Below are positions 20,693-29,575 of a stretch of DNA of 54,068 bases, in pieces (position 1 is the stretch's first letter; every line of letters starts with the position of its first letter). Under the pieces are notes generated by a model. The model had not been told where the DNA came from, searched no databases, and saw only the letters and a list, made by a program, of their open reading frames with translations. Source of the stretch: a virus (taxonomy: Duplodnaviria; Caudoviricetes); the IMG/VR virus record IMGVR_UViG_3300044825_001528, positions 1-54,068 of that record. The stretch is one strand, 5' to 3'. Both the position numbers and the translations under genes were made by a program.

Positions 20693-22759
20693 ATGCTAAT
20701 AATCAAAAAACTAACACTAAAAAACTTTCTGTCAATTGGCGCAGTGACACAAGAAATAGATTTCAATCGTAAAGACCTGACTCTTATTCTAGGAGAGAAT
20801 CTTGATCTTGGTGGTGATGGTGCTAGAAATGGCACGGGAAAAACCACGATTGTGCAAGGATTGAGTTATGCTCTGTTTGGCTCACCAATCAACAAGATTA
20901 AACAGGATAATTTGATCAACAGAACTAACGGCAAGAACATGCTGGTCACTATTGAGTTCAGCATGCGCGGTGTTGATTACAAAATTGTTCGCGGTCGCAA
21001 GCCTAATGTGCTGAAGTTCTATGTGAACAATCAAGAGCAAGAAGTATCATCTAATGACAGTCAGGGTGACAGTCGTGAAACACAGGATGTTATTGAAGGT
21101 GTTCTGTGCATGACTCCTGATATGTTCAGGCAAGTTGTGGCACTGAATACCTACAATGAACCCTTTCTTGCAATGAAGGTATCAGATCAACGAACCATCA
21201 TTGAAGAATTGCTTGGGATTACACTGTTGAGCGAAAAGGCTGATGCTATCAAGGACTTGAACAAAACTACCAAAGAGCAAATTCAGCGAGAAGAGTTTAG
21301 AATTCATGGAATTGAAGAAGCTAACTCCAAAATTCAAGAGCAGATCGAGAGCTTGAAGAAGCGTCAGCGTTTGTGGTTAGCAAAGCGAGACGAGGATCTA
21401 AACAAACTGGCTGATAGTTATACCGAGTTGAGCAAGATTGATATTGAACAGGAACTGGAGGCTCATCGTCAACTGGCGTTATATAACAGCAAACGCGAGA
21501 AACTTGACAAGTATAACGCATTGCTTGCTCGTCAAACTACCTGGCTAGATCGCAAGAACGCAGACATCTCTACATTAGAGCAGAAGATTTCCAAACTACA
21601 GCGGATTGACATTGCTGCTGAACTTGCGGCACACAAGCAGCTAGCAGTATATTCGCAGCGTGTCAAGGATAATGAGGAACATGCCGCGAAGCTGTCGCGA
21701 CTACAACGAGATCTAGACAAGGAGACTAAACTAGTAAGCAAGCTGGAGGGAGAGATTTCCAAGCTGCGAGCGCATAAGTGCTATGCGTGTGGGCAGGATT
21801 TTCACGACGATAGCCAGGCCACTGTTCTTGCCAAAAAGATAGCTGATCATGACGAGGCTGTTGCTCATGTTAACACTATTGCTGCTGAACTGAAAGAGCA
21901 TGATGCTAATCCAGTTCTAGTGCCACTGCGCCCAACTACGATATACAGCACTGAAGAACAGGCATTCAAGCATAGCAGCGATCTTGCTAATCTGCTACAG
22001 CAGCTAGAGTCAAAGCGTGCGGAGTGTGATCCATATAGTGAACAGTTGTTAGAGAACGCAGTCACTGTAGAAGGTTCTCCTCCAGCTACTCATTATGATA
22101 CCGAGGCAGAGGCACACAAGCACAGTGCTAAACTCACTGCATTGGTAGAACAGATTGAGAGCAAGCACAGTGAATCTGATCCCTATGCTGAACAGATAGA
22201 AGAGATGGGTAGAACTGGTATTCAGACGATCGATTTTGACGAGCTAAACAGATTGACCAAAGTACTACAGCATCAGGAGTATTTGCTTGATCTGCTGACT
22301 AACAAAAAAAGTTTTGTTCGCAAGCGTATCATTGAGCAGAATTTGAGCTATTTGAATGGACGATTGACCTACTATCTAGAGAAGATTGGTCTTCCACATC
22401 AGGTTGTGTTTCAGAACGATTTGAGCGTTGAGATCACTGAACTTGGACGAGATCTTGATTTTCATAATTTGAGTCGCGGAGAGATGAACAGGCTTATTAT
22501 TGCCTTGAGTTTTGCGTTTCGTGATGTATGGGAAAGCTTATACTCATCGTGCAATATGCTGTTCATTGACGAGTTGATTGATAGTGGTATGGATACTATT
22601 GGAACAGAAAACAGTTTGGCATTGTTGAAAGACATGGTCAGACGACGAAACAAAAGTATCTGGCTAGTAAGTCATAAAGATGAGCTAGTTGGACGAGTAA
22701 ACAGTGTATTAAAGGTGATCAAGGAGTCAGGATTTACAAGTTATGATACCAGTGAGTAA
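20693..22759 (+). CDS. gp46: Recombination ATPase, Rad50/SbcC-like
   Basis: Walker A NGTGKT, CYAC zinc hook, LSRGE signature, LFIDE Walker B, VSH. Confidence 0.93.
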   Translation: MLIIKKLTLKNFLSIGAVTQEIDFNRKDLTLILGENLDLGGDGARNGTGKTTIVQGLSYALFGSPINKIKQDNLINRTNGKNMLVTIEFSMRGVDYKIVRGRKPNVLKFYVNNQEQEVSSNDSQGDSRETQDVIEGVLCMTPDMFRQVVALNTYNEPFLAMKVSDQRTIIEELLGITLLSEKADAIKDLNKTTKEQIQREEFRIHGIEEANSKIQEQIESLKKRQRLWLAKRDEDLNKLADSYTELSKIDIEQELEAHRQLALYNSKREKLDKYNALLARQTTWLDRKNADISTLEQKISKLQRIDIAAELAAHKQLAVYSQRVKDNEEHAAKLSRLQRDLDKETKLVSKLEGEISKLRAHKCYACGQDFHDDSQATVLAKKIADHDEAVAHVNTIAAELKEHDANPVLVPLRPTTIYSTEEQAFKHSSDLANLLQQLESKRAECDPYSEQLLENAVTVEGSPPATHYDTEAEAHKHSAKLTALVEQIESKHSESDPYAEQIEEMGRTGIQTIDFDELNRLTKVLQHQEYLLDLLTNKKSFVRKRIIEQNLSYLNGRLTYYLEKIGLPHQVVFQNDLSVEITELGRDLDFHNLSRGEMNRLIIALSFAFRDVWESLYSSCNMLFIDELIDSGMDTIGTENSLALLKDMVRRRNKSIWLVSHKDELVGRVNSVLKVIKESGFTSYDTSE

Positions 22760-22786
22760 TTATTTGCCGCGATAGAGTAGAATTGA

Positions 22787-22792
22787 TAAGTA
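22787..22792 (+). promoter_or_regulatory. Variant late promoter (GATAAGTA) 5 nt before the resolvase ATG
   Basis: One mismatch to TAAATA with the same short spacing seen at other genes. Confidence 0.45.
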
Positions 22793-22797
22793 AAGTT

Positions 22798-23343
22798 ATG
22801 CCATCTGCTAGTAAGATCAAGGGATCAGGGTTTGAGCGAGAGATAGCCAAGTATCTATCCGAGATATACGGCGAGCCTTTCATTCGTGCTCCTGGTTCTG
22901 GAGCCTATACTGGCGGAACTAATAGTCATCGTAAACAGATGCTGCACGAAGGTCAAATAAGAAGCTTCAAGGGAGATATTGTTCCTGGACAAAGCTTTGT
23001 GAACTTCAACGCAGAGGTAAAGTTCTATGCTGACTTTCAGTTTCATCAGTTGTTTGATGAATCCAAGCAATTGGAATCATGGATCAAACAACTAATGACT
23101 GCTAGCGATCCTGATGATCTGAATATCTTATTCATGAAGTTCAATCGTAAGGGTCGCTATGTGGCAGTTCAATCCAATCTAAATTGGAATATATCATATA
23201 ATCATTTTGTGTATCACAGTGATCACTATGACGCTTGGATCATCTGTGAATTGGAAAAATTCTTTACATCAAATCTTTACAAAGTAAAAACTCTATCTGG
23301 CAAAAAAACTCTTGTAGAAAAACTTCCTGAAAACACACTTTAA
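22798..23343 (+). CDS. PD-(D/E)xK nuclease, Holliday-junction-resolvase-like
   Basis: MPSASKIKGSGFEREIA...RAPGSGA...GDI...EVK follows the Hjc-like pattern; ATG at 22798 preferred over the upstream TTG. Confidence 0.75.
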   Translation: MPSASKIKGSGFEREIAKYLSEIYGEPFIRAPGSGAYTGGTNSHRKQMLHEGQIRSFKGDIVPGQSFVNFNAEVKFYADFQFHQLFDESKQLESWIKQLMTASDPDDLNILFMKFNRKGRYVAVQSNLNWNISYNHFVYHSDHYDAWIICELEKFFTSNLYKVKTLSGKKTLVEKLPENTL

Positions 23344-23384
23344 AACATTGTTTACAATACTTAACACACACGCACAAAAATTAT

Positions 23385-23746
23385 TGGGGTTATGACCTGA
23401 CCCACCCGGATATTAGGACTAACACATGTTGTGGACTAATATCACTGCTATAGGATTAATAGCAGGCGGCTGTCCCAGCCAAGGGTATAAAAGGCTGATA
23501 GATGAGCTTCGGTGAAGCGATGTAATTGCTACAATCACTGATGCTCCGGTTAGAGTGATCAACACCGTAAAATAATCTATCCCGAGACGAGAAAGAAGCA
23601 GGCTCTATTTACTCAATAGAGATTGATTCTAGATGGAATCAAACAACTGCGCCGAAGAACACCCTCGTCGGTGATGAGAACACCAATCGGTATGCTGATA
23701 AACAATCGGGGCCTTTGTTATACAGATTTTTTTCTGTAGGTCTTTT
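23385..23746 (+). ncRNA. Candidate large structured non-coding RNA (family not recognised)
   Basis: No ORF; more than 12 helices including nested long-range pairs 23497-23503/23575-23581, 23586-23591/23664-23669, 23581-23585/23706-23710; G-U pairs favour the plus strand. Confidence 0.55.
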
Positions 23747-23838
23747 CATTCTCCGTTTTAAATGACTAGAATACATTATCAGTGAATGAATTAAACATCA
23801 GTTCAACAACTAATAATAACTGCTTGTATTATATTAGT

Positions 23839-23985
23839 AGGTCGTTTCGCTTACTCAACGACCTGAATTGGTCATCAGGCTTCGCTTGATGACCAATTCA
23901 TTTTTATCTCTGATTGATTCTATTCAGTTAGAGATAAAGAAAGCCAGAGGCATTAATGCCTCTGGCTGATGAGCGTTAGCTCATC
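23839..23985. repeat. Array of five abutting hairpins/palindromes (possible origin or cruciform element)
   Basis: Stems 23839-46/23857-64, 23864-77/23887-900, 23903-11/23930-38, perfect 26-bp palindrome 23942-67, 23968-74/23979-85. Confidence 0.85.
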
Positions 23986-24129
23986 GTAGATCCAGGATTT
24001 TATTAAGATGAACTGAAGCAAACATGTATAACAGAGTAGGTTTAATCCTAACAAGAAAACAAGCAGACATTGCTGCTTAATTTTGCTTCTAGGATTTTGG
24101 GCGGAGTATGGTCTCGTGATATACTATGT

Positions 24130-24336
24130 TTAGAAGAAGGGCATCTTGCTTTTCTTGGTAGTTTCTAGATTGTCTTCAATGATTTTATTGAGATTATTGA
24201 ACTCATCAGTGCTCATGTTCAATATATCGTTCATTGAGATGCCACCTCGCATATACCAAGCAAGCCGTTGTGCGGTGAACTTGATATTCATGGCATCTTT
24301 CCACATATCTTCGCCCAGCTTCTTCATCTCATCCAT
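24130..24336 (-). CDS. Small tail/baseplate assembly chaperone segment, probably also the -1 frameshift extension of the upstream gene
   Basis: LAWYMRGGISMNDILNMSTDE resembles C-terminal extensions of tail assembly chaperones; frame is open back to the slippery site. Confidence 0.7.
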   Translation of the reverse strand: MDEMKKLGEDMWKDAMNIKFTAQRLAWYMRGGISMNDILNMSTDEFNNLNKIIEDNLETTKKSKMPFF

Positions 24337-24353
24337 GTTAAGATGAAGAAGCC

Positions 24354-25178
24354 TTAATCGAAAAAATCTACTACATTAATGACTATGGATTGTTTATATT
24401 CGTGACCACAATGTATACACTTAATATCAATTGGTTTAAGAGAATTTTTCTCTTTCATTTCCACACTTTTATCTCTGATTAAGTTATTGACATTTTTATC
24501 ACAATTCAGTAAATATTCCTGAATATATAGCTTATCGGATACGATTGTTTGCGGCGTCATTATGCATTCAATCGTTTGAGCAATCATATCAGTCATCAAT
24601 TCATTCATTCGTTTGAGATTCTGTTTTATCAAATCTTTTTGTTCTTCGGTGTCTTCATAATCTTGCAATATTACTAAAAGTTTTCTAATTTCATATTGAT
24701 TGATATTGACTTTGTTTATTTCTGCAAAAGTTAATGGTTTGAATTTGATCTTTAAATCCCCAACTTGAAGAACATCATCATAATCAACTTCATGTTGTTG
24801 TCCCAGTAGATTTACTAGATTGATTCCATATCTTGATTCTTCCTCGCATGATGGACATTTGGTGTCTAAATCCATTTCTTCACCAGTGCTGGCTATTTTT
24901 ATAGCAATGGTAATAGCGTCTAGATCTATTGAGTTAAGCTCCCATGGATTTTTAACAGAGGGAATGCAACTTTTGATGATTTCTACAAGAGCTACCCCAT
25001 TGTAAAGTGCATCAGGCGTTCTTGCGGTAATCTCGTCAATAGCAGTCATTGGATAAACAGCTAATTGATTATTTGGAGGAATATCTACTGTGCCGCGATC
25101 ATAATATTTTCCCTTGCTCGGAAGCTCAAAGTACATTACTGGGCGACGAAAATATTGTTGTAGGGGGTTAGAACTCAT
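24354..25178 (-). CDS. gp26: Baseplate hub assembly chaperone, gp26-like
   Basis: NPLQQYFRRP...LPSKGKYY...PMTAIDEI; two CxxC pairs (CPSC, CIHC); ends in DFFD. Confidence 0.75.
   Translation of the reverse strand: MSSNPLQQYFRRPVMYFELPSKGKYYDRGTVDIPPNNQLAVYPMTAIDEITARTPDALYNGVALVEIIKSCIPSVKNPWELNSIDLDAITIAIKIASTGEEMDLDTKCPSCEEESRYGINLVNLLGQQHEVDYDDVLQVGDLKIKFKPLTFAEINKVNINQYEIRKLLVILQDYEDTEEQKDLIKQNLKRMNELMTDMIAQTIECIMTPQTIVSDKLYIQEYLLNCDKNVNNLIRDKSVEMKEKNSLKPIDIKCIHCGHEYKQSIVINVVDFFD
24360..24366 (-). other. Putative -1 ribosomal frameshift heptamer T TTT TTC
   Basis: GAT TTT TTC GAT TAA; the -1 frame reads TTT TTT CGA TTA AGG CTT CTT CAT CTT AAC ATG, in frame with 24130..24336. Confidence 0.7.
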
Positions 25179-25192
25179 ATTGATCCTTAAAA

Positions 25193-25223
25193 TAAATATA
25201 CATAAATAGATGTATTGTATTTA
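25193..25223. promoter_or_regulatory. Divergent late promoters
   Basis: TAAATA on plus at 25193-98 and 25203-08, on minus at 25218-23, between divergent genes. Confidence 0.65.
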
Positions 25224-25235
25224 TAGAGAGAAAAA

Positions 25236-27425
25236 ATGGCTGACAATTTTGATGAAATCAGAGACGGGTTTATAAAGTTGTTTGATGATCTTCGTGATCA
25301 TGTTCAATCAACTGGAGACATAATTATAGATTCTAAAAAAGCAAGCGAAAAGGGTGATGCCGACGCCAAAAAACGCTCGCAAGATCTATATGATAAGCAA
25401 CTAAAAGCCGTGAATGCATTGTCCAACGCCGTTGGTGGCACTGTTCGCGCTTTCGGACAGGGATCAGGAAGTTTTCAAGGATTGGCTACAGCAACAGAAG
25501 CCGTTGCTGGAGCAATGGGTGGATTATTAGGAAAGATTCCAGTTTTCGGCGGATTTCTTGAGGGAGCAACAAAAGCTCTCGGGCAAGCTGCTAGTTACAT
25601 AATACAAACTTTTGATAAGTTTTATTCTAATTATCAAGAGCTTTCTAAAGTAGGAATAGTAACCACCACTACTGATTTTAAGAATGCCATGGCGGCTACC
25701 AAACTTAATATTGAGGATACCTCTAAAGTTTTGGGAAAGTACAGTAAAGAATTGGCTTATTTTGGTGGTTCTGCTATCGGAGGTAGAGTTAAATTTGAGG
25801 GTTTAGCTTTTGAAAGCGAAAATGCGCGCAGAGAATTGCAGCGTTTGGGTATGAGCGCCGTCGAATACAGTGAAACACAATTAGATTATTTGAATCTGCT
25901 GGCTAAAACAGGCAGACTAGCTGGGAAAAGCAACACAGAACTGGCAAAGGGTTCCAAAGAATATGCACTAGAAATAGATAAACTTTCTAAACTTACTGGA
26001 TTATCAAGAGAACAAGTCAGAAAAGATTTAGAGTCCAGATTATCAGACGCTAGATATCGTGCTGGAATTGCTACTTTAGGCGATACGGCGCAACAAGGAA
26101 TTCAATCATTTCTGCAACAATTAAGAGTACTTGGTCCAGATATGGAAGAGGGAATGAAAGATTTGATAGCAAGTGCTGGGATCCCATCTACCGACGCTGC
26201 TCAAAAAGCATTTATAGCTCTATCTCAAGGAGGAATAAATGTTCAACAATTCGTGGAAAATTTACGCGCAGGAACACTTGGGGGAACTAAAGCAATGGTA
26301 GACTTGGCAAAATCAACTACCATTACAAAAGATAGAGTACAACAACTTACTTCAATAATAGGAACCGAATCTGCCCCCACGGGACTATATGTGGCACTGG
26401 CTAATATCAGTGATAAACTAAATTCTGGAGCAATAACTCAAGAGGAAGCCGAGGAAAAAATAAAAGAAGCTCAAAAAGCAGCAACGGAAGGAAGAGATAA
26501 AGAAAACAGAGCACTTGCCGACACTAAAAATTCTTTATACAATTTACAAAATAATATTGAGCAATTAACATTATCAGTAAGTACTGTTCCTAAAGTTATG
26601 AAATTCTTTTCAGACTCTCTTGAAGAGATAAGTGACAAATTACTAGAATTCTCTGGAGAACCTTTATCAGAACCATTAAAATTAAGAAAGCAAGAGCGCG
26701 CATTAAGAGCAGAAATATCCTCATTAGAAAAAAGATCTGAATCTGGAACTATGGGATTGGCTCAATCTAAAGATTTAATAGATAAAAAGAAACAATTAGA
26801 ATCAATACAGCAAAGAAGAGCCGAATTAAGAGATCAAGATATATCTGAATACGGATCTGCCGGAATGTCAACTGGATATACTAAAGAAGATCTGAAAAAA
26901 ATGGGATTGAAGATAAAAGATTCTGCTCATAGAGATGGTGCATATATATCTCCGGCTACACTACGACTAGCTAGTACAGTTCAAAATGCACTGAAAGATA
27001 GATTTGATCAGTTCACATCATTCAATGATAATCACCAGCGCGCTCCCGGAAGCAAACACCCACTTGGTGGAGCTTTTGATTTTACGCTTAAGGGAGAGAA
27101 AATAACTCCTGAGGAAGGACAAAATCTAATTGCTCAAATTAAAAATATGGGTGCTGCCAATGTTCTTGACGAATATAACTTTAAAACATCTATGGCATCT
27201 GGACCACATATGCATGTGGAAGCATTCGCGGACGGCGGAACAATACATAATCCTACTTTGAGTCTAATGGGTGAAGCTGGATCAGAAGCTGTTGTTCCTC
27301 TGCCAGACGGACGATCAATTCCAGTGTCATTGAATAATGCAATCAGTGAAAAATTGGACGCATTGATCAGCGCAACACAGCGTCAAACATCATTGTTAAG
27401 CAATGTTTTTGATAGATTAGCCTAA
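25236..27425 (+). CDS. Tape-measure-like protein with C-terminal M15/LAS-type peptidase domain
   Basis: Long helical Ala/Gly/Leu-rich body; SKHPLGGAFD (H-x6-D) plus HMH; FADGG...GEAGSEAVVPL motif common in tape measures. Confidence 0.68.
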   Translation: MADNFDEIRDGFIKLFDDLRDHVQSTGDIIIDSKKASEKGDADAKKRSQDLYDKQLKAVNALSNAVGGTVRAFGQGSGSFQGLATATEAVAGAMGGLLGKIPVFGGFLEGATKALGQAASYIIQTFDKFYSNYQELSKVGIVTTTTDFKNAMAATKLNIEDTSKVLGKYSKELAYFGGSAIGGRVKFEGLAFESENARRELQRLGMSAVEYSETQLDYLNLLAKTGRLAGKSNTELAKGSKEYALEIDKLSKLTGLSREQVRKDLESRLSDARYRAGIATLGDTAQQGIQSFLQQLRVLGPDMEEGMKDLIASAGIPSTDAAQKAFIALSQGGINVQQFVENLRAGTLGGTKAMVDLAKSTTITKDRVQQLTSIIGTESAPTGLYVALANISDKLNSGAITQEEAEEKIKEAQKAATEGRDKENRALADTKNSLYNLQNNIEQLTLSVSTVPKVMKFFSDSLEEISDKLLEFSGEPLSEPLKLRKQERALRAEISSLEKRSESGTMGLAQSKDLIDKKKQLESIQQRRAELRDQDISEYGSAGMSTGYTKEDLKKMGLKIKDSAHRDGAYISPATLRLASTVQNALKDRFDQFTSFNDNHQRAPGSKHPLGGAFDFTLKGEKITPEEGQNLIAQIKNMGAANVLDEYNFKTSMASGPHMHVEAFADGGTIHNPTLSLMGEAGSEAVVPLPDGRSIPVSLNNAISEKLDALISATQRQTSLLSNVFDRLA

Positions 27426-27429
27426 ATCA

Positions 27430-27435
27430 TAAATA
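27430..27435 (+). promoter_or_regulatory. Late promoter (TAAATA) for portal
   Basis: CATAAATA 17 nt before the ATG. Confidence 0.7.
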
Positions 27436-27452
27436 CGATACTGGCAGAAAAT

Positions 27453-29213
27453 ATGGCATATAAGCGTAAATTTACAAATCCACACGGCTCGTTAAGTCCT
27501 ATAAGTGGAACTAACAGTACTACTGGTGCATGGAATGCAGGAATGGGCAATGCTCAAACTGGAGCATGGACCAATGACTTTGCATACAGAAATTATCAGA
27601 GTAGATTACCAGAGGTATACACTGGACATCCAAATCGTATTGAGCGTTATAATCAGTATGAAATGATGGATGTGGATCCTGAAATCAACGCATGCTTGGA
27701 TATTCTGGCAGAATTCTCAACACAGAGTAATGAACATAACGGCACTCCATTTGATATCAAGTTCAATGAAGAACCAACTACAACAGAAGTTGAACTAATC
27801 AGAAAGCAACTTAAACAATGGTGTACTCTGAATGAATTAGACACTAGAATTTTCAAGATTTTCAGAAACACTGTTAAGTACGGTGATCAGGTATTCGTTC
27901 GCGATCCAGAAAACTTTAAGCTATACTGGGTTGATATGACCAAGGTAGTCAAAGTCATTGTCAATGAAAGTGAGGGCAAGAAACCAGAACAGTATGTAAT
28001 CAAGGACATCAATCCTAATCTACAGAACTTGACAATGGCCGAAAAGACCACTACTGATTTTCAGGCTCAACCACCTACCGCTGGTTACAGTGCTCCATAC
28101 AGCTATACCGTTCCAAATGAACCATACGGAACTACTGGATCTAGATTCAGTTTGGGTATAAATGAAAATGCCATTGATGCTAAACATGTGGTTCATCTAT
28201 CACTAACAGAGGGTCTTGATAGATACTGGCCGTTTGGACAAAGCATACTAGAGAACATATTCAAAGTATACAAGCAAAAGGAATTGCTAGAAGATGCTAT
28301 TCTTATCTATAGAATAGCTCGTGCTCCAGAGCGTAGAATCTTTAAGATTGATGTTGGAAACATGCCTAGTCATATGGCTATGCAATTCGTCAACAGAATC
28401 AAAGACGAAATACATCAGCGTAGAATTCCAAGCATACACGGTGGACAGGCAATAGTTGATGCAACATACAATCCATTGAGTATCAATGAGGATTACTTCT
28501 TCCCAGTGACCGCCGATGGTCGTGGTAGTGATGTTACCACTCTACCTGGTGGACAAAATCTTGGCGAAATTGATGATCTAAAATACTTCAACAACAGACT
28601 AGCTCGTGGTCTTCGCATTCCTAGTAGCTATTTGCCAACAGGCCCAGAAGACAGTGAGCGCCCACTAGTAGATGGAAAAGTAGGTACAGCACTGATTCAA
28701 GAGTATAGATTCAATCAGTATTGCGAAAGATTGCAGGGCTACATAGATAGAAAATTGGACGAAGAGTTCAAACTATTCATGCGTTGGAGAGGATTCAACA
28801 TAGACAGTGGTCTGTTCAGCTTGCGGTTCAATCCCCCACAGAACTTTGCCGCATATCGTCAAAGCGAACTAGATAGCACTAGAGTTCAAACATTTACTCA
28901 AATGGCTGCTCTACCATATATCAGCACTAGATTTGCTCTTGAGAGATTTCTAGGATTGAGTCAAGATGAAATCAAGAAGAATGAGAAGCTATGGGAAGAA
29001 GAGCGTATCAAACCAGATGAGCTTGAACCAAAAGGAACTGACTTACGCAGTGTTGGATTAAGCACAGCCGACATTGAAAGTGATTCCGAAGCAGCAGAAG
29101 CTATATCAGCAGAAGGAACTCCTGAAGCTGAAGCTGGATTAGCTCCAGAAGTTACCGCGCCAGTGGCAACGCCTCCAGCAGCAGGTCCTGAGGTAGCGCC
29201 CCCTCCAGCTTAA
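27453..29213 (+). CDS. gp20: Portal vertex protein
   Basis: LLEDAILIYRIARAPERRIFKIDVGNMP, EDYFFP, TLPGGQNLGEIDDLKYF, LRIPSSYL. Confidence 0.96.
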   Translation: MAYKRKFTNPHGSLSPISGTNSTTGAWNAGMGNAQTGAWTNDFAYRNYQSRLPEVYTGHPNRIERYNQYEMMDVDPEINACLDILAEFSTQSNEHNGTPFDIKFNEEPTTTEVELIRKQLKQWCTLNELDTRIFKIFRNTVKYGDQVFVRDPENFKLYWVDMTKVVKVIVNESEGKKPEQYVIKDINPNLQNLTMAEKTTTDFQAQPPTAGYSAPYSYTVPNEPYGTTGSRFSLGINENAIDAKHVVHLSLTEGLDRYWPFGQSILENIFKVYKQKELLEDAILIYRIARAPERRIFKIDVGNMPSHMAMQFVNRIKDEIHQRRIPSIHGGQAIVDATYNPLSINEDYFFPVTADGRGSDVTTLPGGQNLGEIDDLKYFNNRLARGLRIPSSYLPTGPEDSERPLVDGKVGTALIQEYRFNQYCERLQGYIDRKLDEEFKLFMRWRGFNIDSGLFSLRFNPPQNFAAYRQSELDSTRVQTFTQMAALPYISTRFALERFLGLSQDEIKKNEKLWEEERIKPDELEPKGTDLRSVGLSTADIESDSEAAEAISAEGTPEAEAGLAPEVTAPVATPPAAGPEVAPPPA

Positions 29214-29216
29214 TGA

Positions 29217-29222
29217 TAAATA
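29217..29222 (+). promoter_or_regulatory. Late promoter (TAAATA)
   Basis: GATAAATA right after the portal stop, followed by AAGGA and ATG at 29239. Confidence 0.68.
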
Positions 29223-29238
29223 GCTAAAAGGAATAAGC

Positions 29239-29460
29239 ATGCTTCTGCTTGAATTTTACGATAAAGCCCCAACTGATTTTCAAGATGTTCAGAGTGATCA
29301 TAGTCAGGTTCGTTGGGGCGAACTACGCAAAACTCGTTTAACATTGAGCGAGATAAATAAAATTCGGAGAATGAACGAAGTTCAGGCATATGAACGCGCA
29401 AAAAATCTTAAGAAGATAAGAAGACAATATAGTCCTCCAGCAGCAGGTCCAGGACTATAA
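29239..29460 (+). CDS. Small basic prohead-associated protein
   Basis: SD and late promoter; RKTRLTLSEINKIRRM; sits between portal and core genes. Confidence 0.72.
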   Translation: MLLLEFYDKAPTDFQDVQSDHSQVRWGELRKTRLTLSEINKIRRMNEVQAYERAKNLKKIRRQYSPPAAGPGL

Positions 29461-29482
29461 ATTTAGAATAGTACTACTATCG

Positions 29483-29523
29483 GCGTAAAAACTGCAAAAA
29501 AACAGCAGTTTTTACGCTTTTTT
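29483..29523 (+). terminator. Intrinsic terminator
   Basis: 13-bp stem GCGTAAAAACTGC/GCAGTTTTTACGC followed by T6. Confidence 0.72.
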
Positions 29524-29535
29524 ATTTGCATTTGG

Positions 29536-29541
29536 TAAATA
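29536..29541 (+). promoter_or_regulatory. Late promoter (TAAATA) for the core/protease/scaffold/capsid operon
   Basis: GGTAAATA just after the terminator; AAGGAG SD before ATG 29576. Confidence 0.68.
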
Positions 29542-29575
29542 CATACAGCGTAAGCCATTTAGCCAAGGAGAAAAA

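Noticed and set aside
23385-23760. tmRNA, RNase P, tRNA or group I/II intron identity for the structured region
   Set aside because: There is no T-loop or CCA end, no GAGGAAAGUCC, no interrupted gene and no recognisable intron core.
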